From: Leucoraja ocellata
Lineage: Eukaryota
Length of the DNA: 64,000 bases
Assembly (NCBI GenBank): GCA_036785375.1
Contig: JAWMAR010000053.1
Location: 6,758,001-6,822,000, forward strand
Direction of reading: 5' to 3'
The notes under the pieces are model-generated. The model saw only the letters and a program-made list of their open reading frames with translations. It was not told where the DNA came from and ran no database searches. This document shows, in pieces, positions 39,987 through 51,305 of the stretch (its first letter is position 1; the number at the start of each line of letters is the position of its first letter). The position numbers and the translations under genes were made by a program.

Positions 39987-42188
39987 CAACGCAACTGATC
40001 TGCCTTCAGTTCCCATTGCACTCCTCTCCCGATCTTCAAATCATTGTTGCCCCCCCCCCCCCCCCAAATAAATCATAGTAAATAACCCAGCACTGTTGAC
40101 GTGTAGCGCCGTTTATTCGTCAATACTTGGACCGATGCGGTAGAGCTGAGATTTAAATGGGAAAATAGTGATACCTTAATAAATGTATTCTACAATTTGA
40201 AGAATCAGTTATACATATATGTCGAACACATCAGGTGTTTGTTTGACTGAATTATCAGTTAAAATTAAGCATTGAAGACATTTTGGAAAATTGCCATATC
40301 CATTTTGGAAATGGAATTGTGGTATCATCACGCGTTATTATTAGATTGGCAAATTTTTGTGACCGATTTTGTCTTTTCTTGTATTCTGATGAAGATCTCG
40401 GCAGCAACGATTTTTGCATCATAATATATGGTTCGTGATAGCATATACCAATCCCATCTATACAGCCAGCGTCAAGTAGATTTTAAAGATTACATATTCT
40501 CTTATTTTTCTAATTGAGCCTGAAGTCGATCACACTTACACTGGTTTCCATTCAGGTTATAAAAGCATGTTATATTATGGGGATAAAAACTGAGATGAAG
40601 TTACTTAAATTTACACTTTTATTCACACTCAGAAGTGATATATTTATCTTTTACATTGTGCTATTGATGTTTCGTACAAAAATAAATCGCATGATACAAA
40701 TGCATGGTAGCATTTGAGGGCAATGCTTTATATTTTGTATCGAAAAAGCTGTTATTCCAAATTATCCATTCGCCCAGCGCAACATGACCGTGCCACAACT
40801 TTAACTTATTTGCGTCAAGTAGACGAAAATATGATTTCAGAATCATAGGTTTTCTCAACAAGCCCCGCTTTAGCAAAGATTCGAAAATACCTTGCTTTTG
40901 CTTGAGCAAGCTAGCATAATTCGAGTGCCTGGCCCATTTTATTTCATTGTTATGTCAGACCTCAGGGCAGAAACATGTAAGAAGCATGTAAATTATATAC
41001 CAGATATTATGGAATAAAACATCTTTAGATTATAGCAACCCCGACGACAATACGATGTGATGTAAAAGTCTATCTAATTCTCTACCACAATTTACTTACA
41101 CGACGTATGTATGTTACGCCTAATGCAGTACATCAAACCATACCACACCATACACTGTTTAAATATTGTTTGTACGCGCACTAGGTGTTATATTCACATC
41201 GAGACTTAAACGAAGAAAGCGACAGATTTTACAAAAAAAGTTATGAATTATATCCAGTTAAAAAAAAACGGTAATGGTATAATTCAACTAATCGGATTGT
41301 GGAAGGAAATGAGACTATGATCTCGTAGTGAGCGTGGAATATTGTGGCAGACTGAAGGGCTGAGCTGGTCATTAACAGAGAAGATGTCCTCCCACCCCCT
41401 CCAAAGTTAAATTATGTGCACCAGCAATTACCTTGATTATGTTGCTACTCTCAGAAACATGGCACTTTTCGAGAAACAATTATTTAGATTAGATATCGCA
41501 TACAGGAGCAATTCGATATCGCATTAAGGAGCAAGATTAGGAATGTGACGAGATTTCTAAAAGTCATTTTGAATGGCGATTCTAGGCGACCCCATCCCCC
41601 CGCCCAGGCGGGGAGAATAAAATAAATATATAAGCAGTTACTTCAGTGAGACAAAACAGAATCTACCTGGAGGATTCGGTGCTTAGAAAACAAGCGGAAT
41701 CCACGATTTTGCATTAACTCAAATACATTAATTTCTGCGAATCCTTTGTTTTACTTTCTTCATTTAAAAGATGCACATTTTTCCTGATCTGGCGGTACAC
41801 TCCGCTAATATTTAGAGACGAATCTACAAAAGTGTTTAAAAAATCAGAGAGAATTACTTCAGAACAGCGAATTCAATGCTTATCCTTTGCACCCAAGTAT
41901 AATAGGAAAAGAAATGCAGCGCGTTTATTTAAGGCCATCCCTCGTTGTGTATCAAAATATATATGAAGTGAATTGCTCCTACTTTCGCAATGGAGAAAGC
42001 ATATGCTAACATTTGCTTTCGGGTAGCTGTTGTTCAGAAATCCGGGAGTGGGGGGAATGCAGGAGAGGATTTTAAAAAACAAGTCGCACTTTCAAGTTGC
42101 TCTCATCTCTGGTATGCAGACAAAGGGGTTCTTTCCGGAAGTAGATGAAGGCCAAGGTCAAGGTGGAGAGGGGGTGGGGTGGGGTGAA

Positions 42189-42354
42189 NNNNNNNNNNNN
42201 NNNNNNNNNNNNNNNNNNNNNNNNNNNNNNNNNNNNNNNNNNNNNNNNNNNNNNNNNNNNNNNNNNNNNNNNNNNNNNNNNNNNNNNNNNNNNNNNNNNN
42301 NNNNNNNNNNNNNNNNNNNNNNNNNNNNNNNNNNNNNNNNNNNNNNNNNNNNNN
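42189..42354. other. Assembly gap (N run)
   Basis: Ns. Confidence 1.
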
Positions 42355-45267
42355 TAAAAGCAGTTCCACAGCTCCGTGGGAGTTACGTGAGAATTTGAAA
42401 AAATGACGTTTGGTTACAAATTATAACAGATTCTAAAATATATGTTTTATTTCTAATATGTCCAATCATGGGTTGAAGACAAGTATTCGTGTAGAACTAT
42501 GTGAAACGAAGCTCTCATTTACAAACAGGGGATGTGTTACTTTGCTTATTCAATTGGTTGTAAAAGTAAAACGCCATTTTCATTAACAAGTTGAGTAAGA
42601 ATTCAAGTAGGATTTCACTAGAAGACCCATGGTCAACATATCATGGCAAAGAACGTGGCCTTGAAGCATCGCCAGTATCTGGATCAAATCAAAAATACTG
42701 AGGCGATCGAGGCAAATATAAATCTCCATTTTATTCAAGTAGATTGGTCGTATTTCCTTGCAAAATGTTAATGTTATATAGCGAGCAAATGATTTCCATG
42801 AACATTAAAAGCATTTATTGGGTGTTATTTGGGTCCAGGATTATTTTTTCTTTAATTGTTTCCTATTCTTGTGGAAACTTAAACAGAAACATTCTCTCAG
42901 TCACATTGTGGATTGTGTTGAGAATTGTAGTTTGGGTATTTTGCTTCGAACGCACAACATTTGGTTAATTCTACACTATTTTCGTGACGCTGGGGCTACT
43001 GCAAGTAGCATAAGGTAGTTATTGTTTAACATGTTTGCTGAATGTCATTCCGGATGGCAAGATCCATGGAGCGAATCATAAACCTAACGCATTAACAATA
43101 TTTCGGTTCATAAGTATATCTGGTATATGGGTAATGTACGCTCACATATGGACAGCATCCATTATGAAGTTCATGATAGTATGTCAGATATGTTTCTAAT
43201 CCTAATCAGAAGGGTTGTTTTTTTTACAAATTTTGATGTTTTGAAGGTAATGATGGGGCCAATCAGCTCACGCGAAGCAATTCGATGCACTTTATGCTGC
43301 ACCCAAAGTAAATTGATGTTAATATGTAAAAGTATCATCTTTACTTTGTTAACGTTAACATACATCTTCTTAAAAACAGAATCAATTGATAAAATATATA
43401 TCCAGGTATTCATAAGTGAATCTGACTATGTAACAGATTATATAAGCCCCGTTTGACTACACATTGTCGTAAACATGTCTTTTTTGTCAAACGCGATGGC
43501 CGATATTAATACCTGAATGAAACCAGATTACTCACCAGAAATATTTTCTTTCTTTAGCAAATGCAAAGCAAACTCCTATCAAGGCCTGGCTACATTTTTT
43601 TTCTGACACAATATATGTAATTGAATATAAACTCTTTGCAATCGCTGATATGAAATAGATTTTCTTTGCGACTTTACCGAATTGCATCAATAATAACCTT
43701 GAAAACATGGCGGTCTTTGAACTAAAATGGATTTAAACTATCAACAATGATCAGGATAACAAAAGATGTCTTTAATCTACCGTCATTAGCAACCGATTAA
43801 ACGCTTAAAATGAGCGCCTCCTGCCTCGACCTATATGCGTGTGTTCCAGTTGGAGCAACGGAAGTAATTTACTGCTTTGCAAGCCACAAAACTATACCTT
43901 CTGCCCCAAGTATCACAAATATTTATAAGTTTTGTGCCTGCGTATCTGTATAGAATTTGGAAACTAAGGCCATTAACTAAATCAAAAAAGCGGTTGTTAA
44001 ATATACTTCGTTCTCACAACGAAAATATTTTTTAAAAAACGTAGCACTCTTGTTGTAGGGAGCGAGTGTGCTAAAATCCAGCCGACAGAATTATTGCATC
44101 TTAAAAACGTATATGCCTGCATCCAATTCCAAGACCTCCACATTTGAGTTCAAAACAGTATCTTAAACCAGAATATTCTTTGAGGATCATATATTTTCTA
44201 TGGAAATGAATTCACCTCTTGCAACAAAATCTAATCCCAGAACACAATAGGTATACATTTTGTTTCAATAAGCAGAAAGAAATGTCCCGTGAAAGTTGGT
44301 AGTATTCGAATACACATAAAATGCAGACTTTAGGCGTGAGCTGCCGAGTGATGCGCATTCAAATATACTTCTGACCTCTATTTTAACGAATTTCAAAATG
44401 GAAAAATAAAACGATGCATTAATCTGTACACTACTGCAATTATGCTAAAGAGTATCACCCGTGAGTCGTTCTACTTGAGAGTGATGACATGAATAAATAA
44501 ATCCCACTGTCTGGTGTTTAAAAGGATTAGCTCAAATATTCAAATTATATTGACAATATTCTACTTAAACATTCATAACTATGTTTAACAATATCTTATA
44601 GGACATTGGATCCTCTAGAGCTTTCTATACTGGAAAATCGGTTTCCCCATGATCATTAATGAACCTGAAGAAAGATTGATGCACGGTAAGGTTCTTGACT
44701 AAAGTTTGGCGCACTTCAGCCTTTCCTATTGTACAACAGGAGCCACGAACAAATGCAGCCATCGGGGGACCTCCCACGACATGTTTTATTGGTTAAGAGT
44801 GCAGGCCCAACTCAGTATTCATTTTAAAGTAACCAATATTTACCTTTTTCCCTTCTCTTTATTAATGATGAGAATGTGTAAATTGTCATAATGCAATTAT
44901 CATAGAAGTGGCGATATGCCCAGAGCTGGTGGGCGTACCTAATTTCAGGGCGGTAAATTTGAATATTAAAGTCGATTTGCGGGTCTGGAAAACGATGCAA
45001 GGAATAGGCAAGACATAAGACAAGCTAATGAATATTTTTCCCAACTGGTAAGAATTGCCCTACACAATAGACTGTTTCATGTATTGATTATATTTCAAAT
45101 GTTCTTATAAAAAGTAGATCCTGATGTTTTCCATGCCTGTAGCAGTCTAATAATCGATTTAATCGATAGTAGGGTTTCCAATGGAACTCCAACACTGTAT
45201 TATAAGTAAGCTGGAATCCTTTATGGTCTGTTACAATTTTCGCCTAAATAACCAACACGGCCATGTA

Positions 45268-45352
45268 AAAGATGAGCCCCGTCCCGAAACCTCACATATC
45301 CATGTTCTCCAGGGATGCTGCCTAACCTGTGCAGTTCTTTCTGTTCCAAGCA
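45268..45352 (+). mobile_element. Old, degenerate copy of the short Penelope-like repeat family
   Basis: cccgaaacctcacatatccatgttctccagggatgctgcctaacc aligns by eye to the younger copies at 47381 and 48015. Boundaries approximate. Confidence 0.6.
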
Positions 45353-46231
45353 GAATTCCACCATCTGCCCTTCCTCGTATCTTCATTTCCGGACTATAAT
45401 GACCTTGGATAATCTGCTCTACGCAAAAAGTTGACACAAAAATAAAATGTGTTTTGTGATTTGATTTGTTAAGAGAAACTGGGTGCTTTATGTACCTTTT
45501 AATCAAATTGCATTTTAGATGGAACCTTTAATCCTCTGTAATGCATTTGAAATGGATTTCATCTGACAAGCATTGATTCGAGTTAATCTAAATGTAATTA
45601 GCTAATGAGGAGTGCGTTTCTCTTTGATTATTGTAAAGTTTTATCTATCTGTAAAACGGCCCTCTGCTTAAGCACAGCAAATATTGAGATGTGGTGTTTT
45701 AAATTAAGACCAACTTTCTGTAATTTTGCGCATTGCAGTTAAGACATCTCGAATTGCGCACAGTCGCAGAATATCGATTCCTACAACTTCCTTATACTTG
45801 AGCACAACATTTTAGTTTAATATTCCAGTACCGTGTCGACGACGTGCTACATTTTCAGAAGTAGCGTCTTTCAAATGATATGTTGAACTGGAATCCCATC
45901 AGCTCACTCTGGCAGCTGCACAAGATACAATGGCATGAATTCGAAGTTACGTTATAACCAAATTCCCGACGGGTATTTTGAATGTCATGAAAGGACGAAA
46001 AAGGAGGTGACGTGTTTATTTTTCGTCAGTAAGGAAGCTCTTCGTCGACAAATTATACAATAATGGCTTTGTTCTTCTGGACGTCTGCTGGCCATGTCCT
46101 TTTTGGCCATTTGTACCTTTTGCAGTTGGTATTAAACGTCGAACCAAAGACAGAACAAAGTCAAAACTATCGGACATAAGCAAAATAGGTGTGCGGAAAG
46201 ACTTCAAGTACAAATATGAACGGATAATTAT

Positions 46232-46545
46232 ATAGAAACATAGAAATAGATGCAGCAGTAGGCCATTCGGCCCTTCGAATCTGCACGCCATTCAATATGA
46301 TCATGGCTGATCATCCAACTCAGTATCCTGTACCTGCCTTCTCTCCATACCCCCTGATACCTTTAGCCACAAGGGCCACATCCAACTCCCTCTTAAATAT
46401 AGCTAATGAACTGGCCTCAACTACCTTCTGTGGCAGAGAATTCCAGAGATTCACCACTCTCTGTGTGAAAAATGTTTTTCTCATCTCGGTCCTAAAAGAT
46501 TTCCCCCTTATCCTTAAACTGTGACTTTTTGTTCTGGAATTCCCC
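46232..46545 (-). mobile_element. 5'-truncated CR1-clade LINE 3' end (HER1-like): ORF2 C-terminus, 3' UTR and tail
   Basis: The minus frame encodes SRTKSHSLRIRGKSFRTEMRKTFFTQRVVNLWNSLPQKVVEASSLAIFKRELD, typical of the CR1 ORF2 C-terminus. It is followed by the hairpin region GAAGGGCCGAATGGCCT and a TTTCTATGTTTCTAT tail. Confidence 0.88.
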
Positions 46546-46627
46546 AGGTGCCAGCGTCCTTTATTCAGGTGCCAACATCCTTTATCGTTTAAAAAAAATG
46601 ATTTTGACACGTGCATGAAATTAAATA

Positions 46628-46795
46628 ACACGTAGAATATAAAACAGTACAGCCCAGGAACCGGCCTTTCGGCCCATAATGTCCTCGCAAATAATGATGG
46701 TAAATTAAACCAATATCCTCCGCCTGCACATGATCCACACCCTTCCATTCCCTGCACATCGTGTTCCCATCTAAAAGTCCCTCAATGCCACAAAA
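46628..46795 (-). mobile_element. Second, more diverged CR1/HER1-like LINE 3' fragment
   Basis: The minus strand reads ...ggaatggaagggtgtggatcatgtgcaggc...attatgggccgaaaggccggttcctgggctgtactgttttatattc, the same 3' tail type (gggccgaagggcctgt) as the LINE at 46232 and the SINE at 52.1 kb. Confidence 0.65.
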
Positions 46796-46799
46796 CATG

Positions 46800-46821
46800 G
46801 AGAGAGAGAGAGAGAGAGAGA
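46800..46821. repeat. (GA)n microsatellite
   Basis: GA dinucleotide run next to the LINE fragment. Confidence 0.9.
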
Positions 46822-47081
46822 AAAAACACCGCGTCAGTCGAAAAGTAACATTTCAGAGAGCAATCAGAAAATAAATCCGCAGGTATTACTGAAATAATTT
46901 GATTGCACTTGGAGGATTGGGCTGATCTTTCACCTTTGTTATAGAATAAAGATCGATATCCATTCTAATCGAGTATAATGTGAAACATTCAGCCGTATAT
47001 TCTATGAACTGAAGTCCCACCGAAACACAAATTGAAAGTATACTTTCGCTTCGGAAATCAGGGAGCGAATGAACATAAAGC

Positions 47082-47246
47082 AAAGGTAGACATAAAATGC
47101 TGGAGTAACTCAGCGGGACGGGCAGCATCCCTGGAGGGAAAAATGGGTGACGTTTCGGGTCGAGACCCTTCTTCCTGAAGTAACTCAGCGGGACAGGCAG
47201 CATCTCTGGAGAGAAGGAATGGGTGACGTATCGGGTTGAGACCCTT
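47082..47246 (-). mobile_element. Short Penelope-like repeat, partial head-to-tail tandem, 10-bp TSD
   Basis: Two tandem units of gggtctcgacccgaaacgtcacccatt...gatgctgcctgtcccgctgagttact. Flanked by aacataaagc at 47072-47081 and 47247-47256. Confidence 0.8.
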
Positions 47247-47380
47247 AACATAAAGCTGAAAATGTGTAAAGAATACCAAATGTTCAAGGCGGAATTCAAC
47301 ATGAAGCAAACTTGGAAATTGAATAGATTGACACGACGATAGCTTGGTAAACAGGCAGAAAGGCAGACGCATATATGCAT

Positions 47381-47480
47381 CAGTCTGAAGAAGGGTCTCG
47401 ACCCGAAACGTCACCTATCCCTTTTCTCCGGAGATGCTGCCTGTCCCGCTGTGTTACTCCAGCATTTTGAGTCTACCTTC
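47381..47480 (+). mobile_element. Short Penelope-like repeat monomer with hammerhead-like core, degenerate 15-bp TSD
   Basis: cagtCTGAAGAAGGGTCTCGACCCGAAACGTCacc...ccagcattttgagtctacc. Flanks are gacgcatatatgcat (47366-47380) and gacgcatacatacgt (47481-47495), 12/15 identical. Confidence 0.8.
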
Positions 47481-47569
47481 GACGCATACATACGTATATG
47501 CTCACATAAATGCAACCAAACGCGCATCCATAGTTAAAGACAATCGGAAAATTACCCAAGCAGAACCGT

Positions 47570-47658
47570 ATCCAATCCTTGTCCTCCAGTAATGCTACCT
47601 GACCTATTAAGTTCTTCCAGAACTTTGTGTTTTGCTCAAGATTCTAGCATTTGCATTG
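47570..47658 (+). mobile_element. Old, degenerate copy of the same short repeat family
   Basis: tcctccagtaatgctacctgacctattaagttcttccagaactttgtgttttgctcaagattctagcatttgca resembles the 3' part of the family. Boundaries approximate. Confidence 0.55.
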
Positions 47659-47969
47659 TGTCTTCATTCATTCGACAATATTGTTCAACGGTAGGCCAAC
47701 AGTGTTTACAAATTATCTGCTCCACATAAAAGATGACCCGGTATGGCATTGTTCATGAAGCGTTTGTTGGAAGTGATAATATGCTTTATAAATGCAAAGT
47801 TTTAATCAAATATTATATTGGCTAGACAGTCATACATTTGAAAACGGTGCCGCATGGCAAGTGATTCTGGTTTCATTGGCGAATAACGATCTGTGTTCTT
47901 TCTGATTAATGCGAAGATTACTATCTCTCTAAGTTTTTATTTGAGTATACGTAACAGGTATCTGAATAT

Positions 47970-48109
47970 GAGATATATTCTGAAGAATATATTCTGAAGA
48001 AGGACCGGAATATTCTGAAGAAGGGTCTCGACCCGAAACGTCACCCATTCCTTCTCTTCAGAGATGCTGCCTGACCCGCTGAATTACTCCAGCATTTTGT
48101 GTATACCTT
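47970..48109 (+). mobile_element. Short Penelope-like repeat with hammerhead-like core and stuttered 5' end, 14-bp TSD
   Basis: CTGAAGAAGGGTCTCGACCCGAAACGTC at 48015-48042. Flanks are aggtatctgaatat (47956-47969) and aggtatcggaatat (48110-48123), 13/14 identical. Confidence 0.8.
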
Positions 48110-48216
48110 AGGTATCGGAATATAGTGCTTCAACTTAAATTTAATATTTGGTGTAATTTTTTGCATCAGAAATAAAGACACGAGAAACATCATCGAAATG
48201 ATGTTTGATTCTCTAA

Positions 48217-48833
48217 NNNNNNNNNNNNNNNNNNNNNNNNNNNNNNNNNNNNNNNNNNNNNNNNNNNNNNNNNNNNNNNNNNNNNNNNNNNNNNNNNNNN
48301 NNNNNNNNNNNNNNNNNNNNNNNNNNNNNNNNNNNNNNNNNNNNNNNNNNNNNNNNNNNNNNNNNNNNNNNNNNNNNNNNNNNNNNNNNNNNNNNNNNNN
48401 NNNNNNNNNNNTGNNNNNNNNNNNNNNNNNNNNNNNNNNNNNNNNNNNNNNNNNNNNNNNNNNNNNNNNNNNNNNNNNNNNNNNNNNNNNNNNNNNNNNN
48501 NNNNNNNNNNNNNNNNNNNNNNNNNNNNNNNNNNNNNNNNNNNNNNNNGGTGNNNNNNNNNNNNNNNNNNNNNNNNNNNNNNNNNNNNNNNNNNNNNNNN
48601 NNNNNNNNNNNNNNNNNNNNNNNNNNNNNNNNNNNNNNNNNNNNNNNNNNNNNNNNNNNNNNNNNNNNNNNNNNNNNNNNNNNNNNNNNNNNNNNNNNNN
48701 NNNNNNNNNNNNNNNNNNNNNNNNNNNNNNNNNNNNNNNNNNNNNNNNNNNNNNNNNNNNNNNNNNNNNNNNNNNNNNNNNNNNNNNNNNNNNNNNNNNN
48801 NNNNNNNNNNNNNNNNNNNNNNNNNNNNNNNNN
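48217..48833. other. Assembly gap (N run with a few called bases)
   Basis: Ns. Confidence 1.
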
Positions 48834-48847
48834 GGAGGGGGTGGGTG

Positions 48848-48935
<88 letters not shown>
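48848..48935. repeat. (GACA)n tetranucleotide microsatellite
   Basis: Perfect GACA array adjoining an assembly gap. Confidence 0.97.
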
Positions 48936-49581
48936 TAAAGCCACTTTTGTCACCAACCAATATATTCTGTTTTGTACATATTGCATTTTGTTGGAAAGAG
49001 GAAGTAACACTGTTTCGAATCAACTGCAATATAGCGCCTGTACAAAGCTGCCAATTTTATTAAAATACATATTAATACATTGAATTACTTTACATATTCA
49101 ATGTTTCAAATCATTTCAAATTTGAAAATAAAAAACTTAATTTTTCCAACATTCATCTGCAACTTCCTCTTCAACCCTTACCGACAAAATCATTTTAATA
49201 CAAAACATAACCTTCAGAAAAGCAATTATCTCACTCTAAAGAGTTATATACACGTTAAAATTAATAGTTTAGAGATAATATATATATTTGCAATCATACT
49301 GAATATCATGATATTAAGAACTAAAGTATGATGTTATTATTCCTCGTTTCCTATGTTTAACGAAGCCAACCTGTGAATATTGTTCAATGCAAAATGAACG
49401 GTAAATCTTTCATTATGGTTAAATATAACTTTTCCATGCGGGCAGTTGTGTCAAATATATGAAAATGCAGCTGCACGTTGAATGGTTTAAGTCCGTGTAT
49501 ATCTGAAGAGAAGTGTTTGGGCATTACATGCTGCAAACAATATTTTGTAAACTGCTTTCTTTGAGTAAAGGTGTTCCCATT

Positions 49582-49671
49582 TTACAGCCCAGGGCAGCTT
49601 GGACGCGTCGTTTGGTGCACACGAAGATGTTTTTTCTCTTTTTGTCTTTGGTTTTGGAACCATATTTTTAC
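49582..49671 (-). CDS. hoxd14: Hoxd14 exon 3 (homeodomain helix 3 and C-terminus; not in the ORF track)
   Basis: Acceptor TTTTCAG| followed by VKIWFQNQRQKEKKHLRVHQTTRPSCPGL* (TAA at 49582-49584). WFQNQR is the paralogue-14 helix-3 signature. Confidence 0.93.
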   Translation of the reverse strand, partial: VKIWFQNQRQKEKKHLRVHQTTRPSCPGL

Positions 49672-49846
49672 CTGAAAAGTAGTAGAATATTTGTTTTAAA
49701 CAGAAAACTTACAAATAGGAACTGTCTCGGTTTTTAATGTTCCCTGGAAATACATGCACCCACCTGTTGGCAAGCAAGAAAGACCAGACCATCGGATAGG
49801 GATTTCATTCTCTCATATTGTAACGGGTGGAAAAAGACTGTCTTAC

Positions 49847-50028
49847 CTGTCTTTCTGATAAACCTAATTTAAAGGAAATATTCAGTCGGATTTCAGGGGT
49901 GAGGAATCGATTTTTTTCAAAAGACTTTTCCAATTCAGCAATTTGCTGTTTGCTGTAAGGAATTCGTTTCTTTCTTAGGCTACTTCCAGGGTTCTGTGAC
50001 TGCGGCCAGTGCGATGTCAATCCGAAAG
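49847..50028 (-). CDS. hoxd14: Hoxd14 exon 2 (homeodomain helices 1-2)
   Basis: Acceptor GTTACAG| at 50029/50028. Encodes (A)[60 protein letters not shown]. Phase-0 donor CAG|GTAAG at 49847/49846. Confidence 0.92.
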
Positions 50029-50776
50029 CTGTAACGTACACACCAATGAAGACGTTAAACATACATTTAAGGCAATACCTTTACATAACTATGCTTTTAT
50101 ACACGCGAGTCGCCGTTGCGGTCCTTACTTATTTAATTCGAAGTTAGCTATTTTACCGCCACAACACTTATAAAGCCTGAAGATGACAATTAGTATCAAT
50201 ATATGTCAAAGTATTCATTCCATAGTTCATCTTCAAAAAGTAAATGTTCTTCTAATCTTATGCATCTGAAATGACGTGTCATATACTTAAAACTTGGTTT
50301 CCAATATCTCCAATGCATATTTGAATGGTTAGTGGCTATATCAAAAGTATTTGGTTTTCGACTGAAGTTGAAATTCTTCTTCTCTTGCTATGTTAACATA
50401 ATGTGTCTGCAAATAGAAACATTTGATTTTGCCTCCGAAATGTTTCAGTGAAAAGGGATATGATGAAATTTATTGGCGGCGAGCCGACATATATGATCAC
50501 TTTGCTGTGGTAAATAAGTTGAATGAACCTTATAAATGTTTAGGTTTCTTTAGGGGGAAAACACATTTCCTAAAGAGTTATGGATTTACTTTCCAAACAC
50601 TAAATGCAAAGAGTAAATGCGATATAAATACAGTCAAGGTAAAGTAACTCAGGTAACAACGGTGGTGCAACAAAGCAAGCAAATTCCAACACTTGCCTTT
50701 TTCAAACATATATTGAAAACGAAAGCAATCGTTAAGCACGTTAGCCAAGATTAGTACAAGGCATCATCAGACTGAC

Positions 50777-51305
50777 CTAAATGCATTGGGACGCCGGGAC
50801 CTGTCGTTGGAAGTGTTCCTCCTGAAATGGGTGCTCCGTAATACTGGGAATGGCTGAACGAAGTGAGGTCCAGGTCATTGGGATCTGTTTGGATCTGGAC
50901 AGGTGCAGCCCGGGAGTATTCTAGTGGCCAACTCTGATAAATTCCTGAGTTTGTGGAGGTTTCACTTCTCTCGCAGGGATTGTGGGGGTAGTTACTAAAC
51001 AAAGATATATGACTGTCACTTTGGAGCTGGTTGGCAGTGAATCGACCTGCCTCAGGTGAGACGGCAAAGATGTCCCGATCTACTATTCCACGTGAACTGC
51101 AAGTCGAAAAGTCCTCCGAATACAATCCGAGGCATTTTCCACCTGGGGTCGTTTTCAACGCTGAAGGAAACATAGCAGGGCGAAACGCAATATTCGTGGA
51201 AAGTACTGGATTCATATCAAGTGGACGCTGTTCATCCTGCAGCATTACTGCCTTATCGCTAGATGTCTCTAACGTCAGCTTGTACCGTAGCGAGGTCGAA
51301 TCCAT
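50777..51305 (-). CDS. hoxd14: Hoxd14 exon 1
   Basis: ATG-initiated ORF (MDSTSLRYKL...YQSWPLEY...VPMHL). Phase-1 donor TTAG|GTCAGT matches the phase of exon 2. Total spliced CDS 801 nt, 266 aa, with no internal stops. Assigned by position and phase rather than by recognised motifs. Confidence 0.8.

Noticed and set aside
41491-41534. 23-bp tandem duplication gatatcgcat..aggagcaa (similar small duplications near 21316-21341 and 46544-46585)
   Set aside because: Real, but most simply replication slippage or insertion-junction by-products, with no evidence of function.
43011-43035. taaggtagttattgttt resembling the miR-196/let-7 5' end
   Set aside because: Only the seed-like part matches, there is no complementary arm for a hairpin, and it is on the wrong strand and at the wrong position.
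46320-46757. 145-aa ORF as a host gene
   Set aside because: It is a chimeric read-through of two LINE 3' fragments; only the C-terminal half is CR1 ORF2.
47082-48109. CRISPR-like array or DNA-transposon MITEs
   Set aside because: The context is eukaryotic, spacing is irregular and orientation is mixed. Variable 10-15 bp TSDs and variable internal inversion points fit retrotransposition, not fixed terminal inverted repeats.
48190-49083. Long ORFs of 177-279 aa
   Set aside because: Artefacts of the N gap and the (GACA)n microsatellite. The same applies to ORFs spanning the gaps at 10.4, 42.2, 62.2 and 63.0 kb.
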